Source: Myxococcota bacterium (GTDB taxonomy: Bacteria; Myxococcota_A; UBA796; UBA2385). From it: a DNA stretch of 64,000 nucleotides. The notes under the pieces were generated by a model. The model saw only the letters and a program-made list of their open reading frames with translations, was not told the origin of the DNA and searched no databases. The DNA is taken from positions 64,001-128,000 of the forward strand of contig JBIJDH010000003.1 of NCBI GenBank assembly GCA_044344255.1, written 5' to 3'. Made by a program: the position numbers and the translations under genes. Shown here piece after piece: positions 39,114-47,726 of the stretch. The first letter of the stretch is position 1. The number at the start of each line of letters is the position of its first letter.

Positions 39114-40774
39114 CAGAGGGTCTGTCCGGGGGGCTTGGCGGCGCCGCGGTGGAACATGTTGAAGCCACAGGCGGGCATCACGCGGCCGTCCTCCTGGGGG
39201 TAGTGGTGGCAACACTTCCGCAGCCGCTCGAGGTCAAAGTCGTGGCGGTCCATGTAGTGGTGCAAGAAGATAGACTTGGCCTGTCGCTCGCCGATGCGCG
39301 CCGCCTCTTTGTGGTCGAGCACGCGGTCGGGGAACATCACGGCGAGGGTGCGCTTCATCGCGGCGAGGATGAGCGGGGCGTCCTCGATCTCGTCCTGTCG
39401 TGACCAGACGTCGTACAGCGTGTCCTGGAGCGAGTCTTCGACGTCCTTCGTCGCTGGCAGGACGGCGCTCGACCGCAGCAGGTTCAAGTGGCGGTCAAAG
39501 TTGACGAAGCGCGGGAAGGGCACCGATCGGCCATCGTCCAGCTTCAGCAGATAGGTGAGCGACACACACTGCGGGTGCGAGCAGGGCAGGGGGAAGAAGT
39601 CGGAGCGGCGCACGAGGCCGCCCGTCTGCTCCTCGGCGCGGCGCACGAGGCCGGGGATCGTGACGCGGTCCATCGGATCGTGCACGAAGCCCGCGCCGCC
39701 CAGGCCCGTGTAAGCGGCGGGCTGGAAATTGAGCGAGATGATGGCGTCCGTCTCGAGGAAGAGGCGCACGACGTCGCCCACCTCCTCGTCGTTGACCCCG
39801 CGCGCCACCACGCAGATGAGCTGGGTGGGGAGGTCAAGCTCGCGGATCATCGTGAGGGCGGCGGCCTTCTCGCGGGTGAGGTCGCGCCCACGGATGCGGG
39901 TGTGGGTCTCGGCGGAGGTGCCGTCGAGCTGGAGGCCGACATAGACCCCGCGCCGCTTGAGCTCCAGGGCGAAGGCGCGGTCGCGGCCGAGGCGCAGGCC
40001 GTTCGTGATCAGCACCACGCGCGCGATCTCGGGGCGGTCGGCGATGTCGAGCAGCTCGAGGATGCGGGGGTGGCTCGAGGGCTCCCCGCCGGAGAGGGCG
40101 ATAGAGTCGAGGTAGCCCTCCTTGCGCACGAGCCCGTCGATGATGCGGGTGAAGGCCTCATTCGAGATGTGGGTGCTGTACTGATTGTTGACGATGCAGA
40201 TCGGGCACTCGAGGTTGCAGTGGTCGGTGACCTCGATGATCGGCAGGCAGGTGTGCTGCTCGTGGTCGTCACAGACGCCGCAGTCGGTGGGGCAGCCCGC
40301 CTCCACCTTGGCCGAGAACTCGAAGGGGCGGGTGCCGGAGCGGGCATAGGCGTAGGCGTTGACGTAGTAGTCGGCGTCCTCGCTCACCATGGCCTCGGAG
40401 GGCCCGCAGGTGGGGCAGTCCTTCTGGAAGTAGACCTTGCCCTCCCGCATCACGACCACCGCCTCGGTCAGCGCGAGGCAGGTGGGGCAGGTGCTGGTGG
40501 TGCGTTTCCAGGGGTGGTCTCCCGTGGGCTCGGCGGCGGCGCCGCGCCCCCGCGCGAGCCAGGCCTGGAGCCAGGCCTTGGCGTCGGGGTCGATCTGACG
40601 CTCGCTCTGCCCGCAGGCGGCGCAGAAGACGAGGTGCCAGACGGCGTGGTCGCGGATGACGACCCGGGCCTCCTTCACGCTGGCGCAGCCTGGGCAGACA
40701 TCCATGGCGTGGGCGAGGAAGGTGTGCGGGCGGTCCTCACGAACGGCGGGGGTGACGCAGCTTCCACAGTCCAT
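39113..40774 (-). CDS. Radical SAM enzyme, MJ0619/Tes/GDGT-MAS-like (copy B, duplicated N-terminal metal domain)
   Basis: CPGC..CAAC and CPTC..CPTC, CPTDCGVC, CNLECPIC, SGGEP, PCSHPQC, KCC..PACGFN. Confidence 0.82.
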   Translation of the reverse strand: MDCGSCVTPAVREDRPHTFLAHAMDVCPGCASVKEARVVIRDHAVWHLVFCAACGQSERQIDPDAKAWLQAWLARGRGAAAEPTGDHPWKRTTSTCPTCLALTEAVVVMREGKVYFQKDCPTCGPSEAMVSEDADYYVNAYAYARSGTRPFEFSAKVEAGCPTDCGVCDDHEQHTCLPIIEVTDHCNLECPICIVNNQYSTHISNEAFTRIIDGLVRKEGYLDSIALSGGEPSSHPRILELLDIADRPEIARVVLITNGLRLGRDRAFALELKRRGVYVGLQLDGTSAETHTRIRGRDLTREKAAALTMIRELDLPTQLICVVARGVNDEEVGDVVRLFLETDAIISLNFQPAAYTGLGGAGFVHDPMDRVTIPGLVRRAEEQTGGLVRRSDFFPLPCSHPQCVSLTYLLKLDDGRSVPFPRFVNFDRHLNLLRSSAVLPATKDVEDSLQDTLYDVWSRQDEIEDAPLILAAMKRTLAVMFPDRVLDHKEAARIGERQAKSIFLHHYMDRHDFDLERLRKCCHHYPQEDGRVMPACGFNMFHRGAAKPPGQTL

Positions 40775-40783
40775 TCGCGGCTC

Positions 40784-41794
40784 CTAGGCCCGCATCCGGG
40801 CGCCGAGGTCGATCCAGTCGCGCAAGCTACCACCTTCCCCGAGCGCCTGGGCCATGCCGCGGCAGAGGGTCCAGCAGGCCTGGCAGCCGTTGCCGGCGTC
40901 GGCCTCCCGCAGGCGGCGGAGCAGCTCGGGCAGCGGGGTGTCCCGGACGTTGCCGACGGAGCGGTCGATCTTCTCGATGCAGGGCGCCACGTTGCCGAGG
41001 TGGTCGAGGTTGAAGGCCTGGAGCCCCGCCCGACAGCGGGGGAGCGCGGCGCCGCCATCGAGGTAGTCCGGGAAGCCCTCGAGGTAGCTCCCGAAGCTCT
41101 GGAGGTGGCGGTGGCGGTCTCGCAGCGCGGGGAGGCCGGCCACGGCGGCGGCGTCGGGGCGGTGGGCGCCGGCCGGGCCGCGGCGGAAGCCCCCGTCGGA
41201 GAGCAGCGTGAGGTGGTGGCCGAGGCGGAGAGCGGCGCTGAGCTCCAACAGGGGCTCCAGGAGCGTCTGGTTCTCCCGCATCACCACCGTCATGAGGTGG
41301 ACCTGGGCGGCGCCCTTGGCGGAGGCCTCTCGCAGCGCGACGGCGGCGCATCGGGCCTGCTCGAAGGCCCCCGGCGTGCGGCGCATCTCATCATGGCGCT
41401 CGTCGGGAAAGTCGATGGAGACGCCGACCTGGTGGAGCCCCGCCCGGAAGAGGGCCCTCGCCTTGGTTTCGTCTACAAACCAGCCATTGGTATACAGGAT
41501 GGGCAGGTGCCCCTCGTCGGCGAAGATCCTCACGATGTCGATGAGATCGGGGCGGACCAGCGGCTCACCTCCCTCGATGGAGACCAGGAAGGCACCCTCT
41601 TTTGCCAGGGCTCGGGCGAGGCGCTCAAAATCTGCAAGCCGAAGCTCCTCCTTGGGGCTCGCGCCATTGGGCCAGAAGTCACAGAAGGGGCAGGCCATGT
41701 TGCACCGGTTCGTGACCTGCACCAGCACGCTGAAGGGGCGCACCCGGAGGATCCCGGCGGCGAAGTACAGCTCTCGAAGGGAGCGATTCGTCAC
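40784..41794 (-). CDS. Radical SAM enzyme with SPASM/twitch domain
   Basis: CNMACPFC, GGEP, TNG, CRAG..GNVAPC, CQACWTLC. Confidence 0.88.
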   Translation of the reverse strand: MTNRSLRELYFAAGILRVRPFSVLVQVTNRCNMACPFCDFWPNGASPKEELRLADFERLARALAKEGAFLVSIEGGEPLVRPDLIDIVRIFADEGHLPILYTNGWFVDETKARALFRAGLHQVGVSIDFPDERHDEMRRTPGAFEQARCAAVALREASAKGAAQVHLMTVVMRENQTLLEPLLELSAALRLGHHLTLLSDGGFRRGPAGAHRPDAAAVAGLPALRDRHRHLQSFGSYLEGFPDYLDGGAALPRCRAGLQAFNLDHLGNVAPCIEKIDRSVGNVRDTPLPELLRRLREADAGNGCQACWTLCRGMAQALGEGGSLRDWIDLGARMRA

Positions 41795-41831
41795 CGGTTG
41801 GGCTCCACTGAAGATCGGGCAGGTCTGTCGG

Positions 41832-42500
41832 TCAATAAGGGCTCGGGCTTCGCGCTTCCTGCTCCCATCGCGCCCAGCAGTGCTGACGGATGGCGGGATC
41901 GGGGAAGTTCAAGCATGGATCGGGGGCTCCCGGCGCGAGGCTGGCCGCGGAGATCCCAACACCGGCCGCGAATTCTTTCCAGGTGGCCGCCTCCGGGGAC
42001 AGGGAGATCACGTTGCGGGTCAGCGTATCGAGCACCTCGGGGTGAAGGGGGGACCTGTAAGCGCCACGGCTGGCCCCGGCGATATGGTAGAGACATTGAC
42101 CTTTCATGGACCCTGAACGATCGCATATTTGCAGCACTTCGGCGAGCTTTGCGCTCTGTCCCGACAGGTTTCGGGCGGCCTCCATATGGCACATGTCCTG
42201 GTAACGTGTACTGTGAATATTGTCGCAGAGCTGTTCGGTGCCGCGGGGTCGCGTACTGGTCACGGTGAGCAGCCAACATTGATCTTCCGCATCTTGAGCA
42301 TCCAGTCGCGGGCACAAGGAAGCCAAGTCGTCGGCCGGCAGCGGGGGCACCTGTTGAACGGCGGAGAGCTGGCACCAGTCGCCGGCCTCCGTGTCCAGAT
42401 GTGCGCAGGGCTCGATGAGCGGGACGATAGAGCTGGCGAGCGGTTGGAGGCTGCGACAGGCCCACACCAGGGCCAACAGCCCGCCTGACGCGGCCCTCAT
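41832..42500 (-). CDS. Putative lipoprotein with paired-Cys helical repeats
   Basis: LVWAC; repeats such as CDNIHSTRYQDMC and CPRLDAQDAEDQC; ATGA overlap. Confidence 0.55.
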   Translation of the reverse strand: MRAASGGLLALVWACRSLQPLASSIVPLIEPCAHLDTEAGDWCQLSAVQQVPPLPADDLASLCPRLDAQDAEDQCWLLTVTSTRPRGTEQLCDNIHSTRYQDMCHMEAARNLSGQSAKLAEVLQICDRSGSMKGQCLYHIAGASRGAYRSPLHPEVLDTLTRNVISLSPEAATWKEFAAGVGISAASLAPGAPDPCLNFPDPAIRQHCWARWEQEARSPSPY

Positions 42501-42856
42501 TGGGGTTGTTGCCACAAATGAGGGCGGTTCCATTGACTGGAGCAGCGCTGAGAGGGGATCTCGGGCAACGTGGCACAGAGCGTGTTCATCGTATCTGTAT
42601 CGAGGCCGGGCGGGTGGAGGGCGACGAGGCGCTGAATCGCGGCACCGCGCAGCAGTGGATCTTCGATAGTATAGACTAGAGCGACCGCATCGGCGGTGCG
42701 GGCCTGCTCTGCGGCGGTCGTGACGGCCTCGAAGGTGCATCGGTCGCGGGTGGGGGTGTCGGTGGGGGCGGTACAGTCGGGGGTGGCTTCCCCACAGCCC
42801 AGGCCGAGGGCGAGCAGGAAACCCCACGGCACATGGCAGGCAGCGACACGATTCAT
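42497..42856 (-). CDS. Small lipoprotein
   Basis: LGLGC lipobox; ATGA overlap with the cyclase stop codon. Confidence 0.55.
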   Translation of the reverse strand: MNRVAACHVPWGFLLALGLGCGEATPDCTAPTDTPTRDRCTFEAVTTAAEQARTADAVALVYTIEDPLLRGAAIQRLVALHPPGLDTDTMNTLCATLPEIPSQRCSSQWNRPHLWQQPQ

Positions 42857-44727
42857 CCCTTCGAGGCCCCTCTTCCGGATAGGGTTCCGAGCTTGGTGAG
42901 CCGCATCTCGCCCTTCAGCCCCTTCAATTGACGCTCGACATAGACCGTGGGGAGGCCGGTCGCCTCCACGATGGTGGCGACTCGCGGATCGGCGTCGATG
43001 GCGGGGGTCCACACGACCTCCCCGCTGCCGGCCACCCCCTGCGCGCGGGCGGCGGTGTTGACGGTGCCCCCGAAGTAGTCGATGCCAGCGGCGTCGGTGT
43101 GCACCGCGAGCACCGGGCCGACGTGGAGGCCCACCTTGAGGCGGGGCGCCACCTGGAGCCCGCGCTGCTCGATCCAGGTGTTGAAGGCCGCCTGCATCGA
43201 GAGCGCGGCGCGCAGCGCGGTGGGGCCGTCATGAAAGGCCGCCATGACGGCGTCGCCGATGGTCTTGACCACCGTGCCCCCCTCGGCCGACACCACCGCC
43301 TCGAGCACCGCGAAGTGGTCGCGCACGAGCGCGTAAGCGCCGGCGTCGCCCATCTCCTCGTACATGGCGGTGGAGTCCGAGAGGTCGGTGAAGACGAGGG
43401 CCACGCTGCGCACGGAGATGCGCGTGTTGGGGGCCAGCACCTGGTGCCCCATCCGCTTGCGGAAGCCGGGCAGGGTGGTGAGCCGGGCGGCGGGGATCCG
43501 CTCATCCTCTCCGCCCACGCGGGTGAGGTAGACGCGGGCGCGCCCGGGGCCGTCGTTCTCGAAGCTCAGCGGCACCCGCCCGGGGGCGGTGAGCTGGGCC
43601 TCCCCGGCCGCGCTGGCCCGCCAGGCGATCGGCCCGCTGTGGGCGCCCTCGCGCACGACGACCGAGGCGTCGGGGCGGTCGCCGCCGGGGCCGAGGCGCC
43701 ACTCACCGGTCGGGAGCTCGATGGTGGCCTCCTGTTGCCCGCCCTCGGGGAGGGTGAAGACCGCGTATTGGGAGGGCGCCCCCCCGGGGTACATCGTGCA
43801 GAAGCGCTCGGTGGTGCGGGTGAGCACGCTCGGGTGCGGCGCGAAGAGGACCTCCACGTTCTCGCCGAGGTCGCTCTGGAAGTCGATGCGACAGGCGGAG
43901 CACGTGGCGTGGTCGGCGATGTCGGAGAGGGTGGTGCTGGCGGCCACCTCTCCGTAACAACGCACGCAGCGCACGCTCCAGTAGAGCTCGAGGGCCCCCG
44001 CCTCGACACCTGCGAGGAGGGCGTTGAGCACGAGGTCGCGGTCCATGCCCCAGCGCTGCGCGAGGGCGTAGCCGCGGAGCTGGCGCAGCTCGGTGGGGTG
44101 CGCGGTGGAGAGGTGCTCCTCGATGTGGGCGACGACGTCGGGGTCTGAGACCTGGGCCCAGCGGTCGAGGGCGAAGCGCGCGCCGTCGGGCAGCGGGCGG
44201 ACGGCCTTCGGGGGCGCGGAGAGGGCGTCGAGGGCCGCCTGCCAGCTCCGGGCGATGCCGCGGATCTGCATCTGGGCCACGGGGAGGGCGGGCAGCGCGA
44301 CGTGGAGGGTGAGCGAGATCTCGGGCCGGACGAGGCTGCCCTCTGTGAGGAGCCGGGCCTCGTAGTCGGTCTGCTTGAGGATCGGGCTCCGGACGGTGCG
44401 GACCTGGCGGAAGGCCTCGCCGCGCACCCAAGAGGTGTAGGCCTCCTCGAAGGGCATCCGCATGCCCATCGGGCCGGCGAGGAAGCCCGACATCACGGGC
44501 AGGCCGTCACGCTGGGCCTGGAGCTCCATCGAGAGCACGGCCCCGTTACCGGCCATCTGGTTGAGCCAGTCGGTGTCCCCCACGAGGCGCCAGGCGCGCG
44601 CGCGGGGCACCGCCGGCCCGCGCACCAGCATCCGCACGGCGCGCCCCGCGGCGGCCTCGCGGGGGCCAGGGAGGCGGGAGGCGCTGAGGCTGAGCTCGGT
44701 CGAGGACATCGCGCGGGGGGCCTCCAT
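42853..44727 (-). CDS. Class III adenylate/guanylate cyclase with DUF5939-like domain
   Basis: VFTDLSDSTAMY, VKTIGDAVMA, KVGLHVGP, DYFGGTVNTAAR; CxxC..CxxC; N-terminal START-like region. Confidence 0.87.
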   Translation of the reverse strand: MEAPRAMSSTELSLSASRLPGPREAAAGRAVRMLVRGPAVPRARAWRLVGDTDWLNQMAGNGAVLSMELQAQRDGLPVMSGFLAGPMGMRMPFEEAYTSWVRGEAFRQVRTVRSPILKQTDYEARLLTEGSLVRPEISLTLHVALPALPVAQMQIRGIARSWQAALDALSAPPKAVRPLPDGARFALDRWAQVSDPDVVAHIEEHLSTAHPTELRQLRGYALAQRWGMDRDLVLNALLAGVEAGALELYWSVRCVRCYGEVAASTTLSDIADHATCSACRIDFQSDLGENVEVLFAPHPSVLTRTTERFCTMYPGGAPSQYAVFTLPEGGQQEATIELPTGEWRLGPGGDRPDASVVVREGAHSGPIAWRASAAGEAQLTAPGRVPLSFENDGPGRARVYLTRVGGEDERIPAARLTTLPGFRKRMGHQVLAPNTRISVRSVALVFTDLSDSTAMYEEMGDAGAYALVRDHFAVLEAVVSAEGGTVVKTIGDAVMAAFHDGPTALRAALSMQAAFNTWIEQRGLQVAPRLKVGLHVGPVLAVHTDAAGIDYFGGTVNTAARAQGVAGSGEVVWTPAIDADPRVATIVEATGLPTVYVERQLKGLKGEMRLTKLGTLSGRGASKG

Positions 44728-44883
44728 CGGTCGATCAGGGCACAGGCGGTTGTGGCGGGGGTGGGTTGCGGAGCGGGCTGTGGTTTTACCACGCCCCGTC
44801 CCTGGCCGGCGGCGGGCGCTCGGTCTCCTCCCAAGCTGGCCTGAAGTCCGGGCCTGAACCTCGATGCGCGGGTGATTCGCGGC

Positions 44884-45138
44884 TCAGAGCCGCTCGTCGA
44901 GCCCAATCGCCGCGGCCATCGCGTTCACCGCGCTTTGCCGCTCGCCAAGGACCTCCGTGGAGAGGAGGGCGCTGCGCTGCGCGTCCCGGTAGTGGGTGAG
45001 GATATAGCCGGGCTCCTTCCGGTTTCGCTTGAGCACCCAGATAGAGCCGTCGGGCATGTCCCCGACGACGAGGCCGAGGCCACCGTCGACCGCGTGGGTC
45101 ACGTCGTGGAGGGTGTGCGGATAATAGGGGCGGGGCAT
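44884..45138 (-). CDS. Small hypothetical protein (84 aa)
   Basis: MPRPYYPHTLHDV...; protein-like composition and host-like codons. Confidence 0.5.
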   Translation of the reverse strand: MPRPYYPHTLHDVTHAVDGGLGLVVGDMPDGSIWVLKRNRKEPGYILTHYRDAQRSALLSTEVLGERQSAVNAMAAAIGLDERL

Positions 45139-45162
45139 TCGGAACTCGGGCTCGGGAGCGGC

Positions 45163-45805
45163 TGGGAGTAACCACCGGTGTGGTGGACACCAATCAAACA
45201 GCGTGGAAGGATGTCCCGATGCCACGCAAGATCTACACCGCCGCGTACCGGTCTCACCTGGTCTCGCTCGTCCAGCAGGGCCGAACGCCGGAGTCGCTGG
45301 CGAAGGAGTTCGAACCGTCCGCGCCGGCCATCCGGCAGTGGGTGGAGGCGGACGCCGCGGCCTCCCGCGAGGAGGCTCCGGTGGACAAGGACGCGCGCAT
45401 CCGGGAGCTCGAGCGGTTGGTCGGCGCGCTCAAAGAGGAGCAAGAAATACTAAAAAAAGCCGCGGCCTGGTTTGCCTCGGAGAGCGAGTCGGGCCCGAGA
45501 GCGGGTACTCGTTCCTGAAGGCTCACCAGGCCGAGCACGGAGTGGCGACGATGTGCCGGGTGCTGGGGCTCTGCCGCAGCGGCTACTATGTCTGGCTGGG
45601 CGGCGAGGTCTCCCAGCACGCCCGTCGAGACGACGAGCTTCGAAGGGCCATTCTGGAGGAGCACCGGGCCTCCGGTGGCGCATTTGGAGCGGCCCGCCTC
45701 CACGCGATGCTGCAGCGGCGGGGGCTGAACGCGAGCCGGAAGCGGGTGGCCCGCCTGATGCGAGAGGCCGGCATCCAGGGGTTGACCGGGTATCAGGGGC
45801 GATAG
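45163..45805 (+). mobile_element. Truncated IS3-family element (orfA 45219-45518, partial orfB, no DDE domain)
   Basis: orfA HTH (MPRKIYT..EILKKAAAWFA), A7G slippery site 45452-45459, orfB VATMCRVLG..SGYY..KRVARLMR then a stop; TGGTGGACAC IR-like end. Confidence 0.85.
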
Positions 45806-45814
45806 ACCGTCGCT

Positions 45815-46261
45815 CTATCCGCCCACCGCCACAAATCTCCGCTCCGGCAGCACCACCGCCGTCAGCGCCCCACCCTGGATCGTCCCGGCGCCCGTGTCGA
45901 TCGCCAGGACATGGGGCAGGTTGACGGGCCGCCTCTGCGGGACGTGACCCATGACGACCGGACGATCGACCGGCAACATCTCCCGTGGGTCGTTCGACGC
46001 CCAAAGCAACGTCGCCGGGTGGTGAGCGACCAGGTGTGGCACCACCTCGGGCAGGCTCATCTTCGGGAGGGCCACCGTGGAGGGGATGCCGGCGTGGATG
46101 AGCCAGAAGGGCTCCCCCCCAACCTGGAGGTCGAGGGCGGTGTGCAGGGAGGCGAGCCAGCGCCCATGGGCCTCGGGTACTTTGTCCCGTTGCGGCTCGA
46201 TCTCATTCACCGTGTCGCCGATGACCCCGAAAGAAGAGAGGGTCGGTCGACCCTTCATCAT
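45815..46261 (-). pseudogene. Metallophosphoesterase (ApaH/PrpA-like) C-terminal fragment
   Basis: IHAGI, VMGHVP and IDTGA present; N-terminal DxH/GD/GNH motifs absent. Confidence 0.7.
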
Positions 46262-46334
46262 CGGGCTCAGGGCTGCCCGCGGGAATGGTTGGACGGGCCG
46301 CCCCCGGACTCGACCGAGGCGGTGGAGTCAATCC

Positions 46335-47726
46335 CTATCTGAATTCACCGCCGCGCCAGGCCTGCTCGCCGAGGCGGCGGGTGACGGCCTGGAGCAGGGC
46401 GGGGACGGAGCGGTAGCGGTCGAGGATGCCGATGACGGCGTCGGCGAGGCGGAGGGCCTCGGCCTCGGGGAGGGTGAGGGGCGGCTCGAGCTTGAGCACG
46501 TTCCAGGATAGGGCGCAGGGCTGGGCGATGAAGCCCGCCTCGAGGAGCTCGAGGGCCAGCCACTGGCCGAAGACCTGTCGCGACAGGCGGGACACGAGGC
46601 CGGGGGCGAGGCGCCCGAGGAGGCCGGCGCCGGGCTTTGGGCCGAGGGCCACCCCGATGAGCAGGCCGCGGCCGCGCACCTCGAGCACGAAGGGGTGGTC
46701 GGCGAGGCCTCGGCTCAAGCGGGAGAGGAGGAGCCGCCCCACCCGGTCGGCGGCGGCGCAGAGGTGGTCGGCCTCGAGGATGCGGAGGGTCTCGCGGGCG
46801 GCCTCGGCGGCGAGGGCGTTACCTCCGAATGTGCTGCTGTGCAGGTCGAAGCGGTCCATCGTGCCATAGGCCCGCTTGTGCAGGTCGGCCCGGACGAGGG
46901 CGACGCTGATCGGCGAGACGCCGCCGCTGAGCCCCTTGCCGAGCACGAGGAGGTCGGGGGTCACGCCCTCGGCGGTCGAGGCGAGCAAGGCGCCGGTGCG
47001 GCCGATGCCGGTCTGGATCTCGTCGAGCACGAAGAGGGTGCCGGCGGCCCGGCAGAGGGCGGCGGCCTCGGCGAGGTAGCCGTGGGGGGGCAGGATCACC
47101 CCCGCTTCGGCCTGGATGGGCTCGACGATGAAGGCCGCGTGGGCCTTCCCGGCGAGGGCGGCCTTGAGCGCGGGGGCGTCGCCGAAGGGCACGGCCGCGG
47201 AGGGGAGCAGGGGGCCGAAGGGGGCCCGCATCCGCGCCTCACCCAGGATGGAGAGCGTGGCGAGGCTGGTGCCGTGGTAGCCCCCGGCGCAGTGGAGGAA
47301 GCTCTGGCGGCCGGTCACGAGGCGGGCGAGCTTGAGGGCCGCCTCCACTCCCTCCGCCCCGCCGTTGGCGAAGAGAGAGACGCTGAGCTGATCTCCGGTG
47401 AGGCGGGAGAGGGCCTCGGCCAGCGCGGCGGCCTCGGGGGCCGGCCCGATGTGAGAGAGGTTGACCCGCCCCTCCGTGAAGAAGGCGGCCATTCGGGCGT
47501 TGAGGGCTGGGTGGTTGTGGCCCAGCGGCAGGGCGCCGAAGCCGGAGAGGGCGTCGAGGTAGCGGCGCCCCTGGTCGTCCTCGAGGGTGCAGCCCTCTCC
47601 CCGGGTATAGACCCGACCGTAGCCGAAGACGCCGAGCAGATCGATGAAGGCGGGGTTGATGTGGCGGGCGTGTCGGGCCTCGGTCTGTCGGGCCTCGGTC
47701 TGTCGGGGCTCGTTCGGGCGGCTCAT
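46335..47726 (-). CDS. Class III PLP-dependent aminotransferase
   Basis: YLDALSGFG, GHNHP, GYHG, EPIQAEAG, DEIQTGIGRTG, GKGLSGG, STFGGN; ATGA overlap. Confidence 0.9.
   Translation of the reverse strand: MSRPNEPRQTEARQTEARHARHINPAFIDLLGVFGYGRVYTRGEGCTLEDDQGRRYLDALSGFGALPLGHNHPALNARMAAFFTEGRVNLSHIGPAPEAAALAEALSRLTGDQLSVSLFANGGAEGVEAALKLARLVTGRQSFLHCAGGYHGTSLATLSILGEARMRAPFGPLLPSAAVPFGDAPALKAALAGKAHAAFIVEPIQAEAGVILPPHGYLAEAAALCRAAGTLFVLDEIQTGIGRTGALLASTAEGVTPDLLVLGKGLSGGVSPISVALVRADLHKRAYGTMDRFDLHSSTFGGNALAAEAARETLRILEADHLCAAADRVGRLLLSRLSRGLADHPFVLEVRGRGLLIGVALGPKPGAGLLGRLAPGLVSRLSRQVFGQWLALELLEAGFIAQPCALSWNVLKLEPPLTLPEAEALRLADAVIGILDRYRSVPALLQAVTRRLGEQAWRGGEFR

Noticed and set aside
45163..45805. 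Active IS3 element
   Set aside because: orfB stops before the DDE domain; no right IR found
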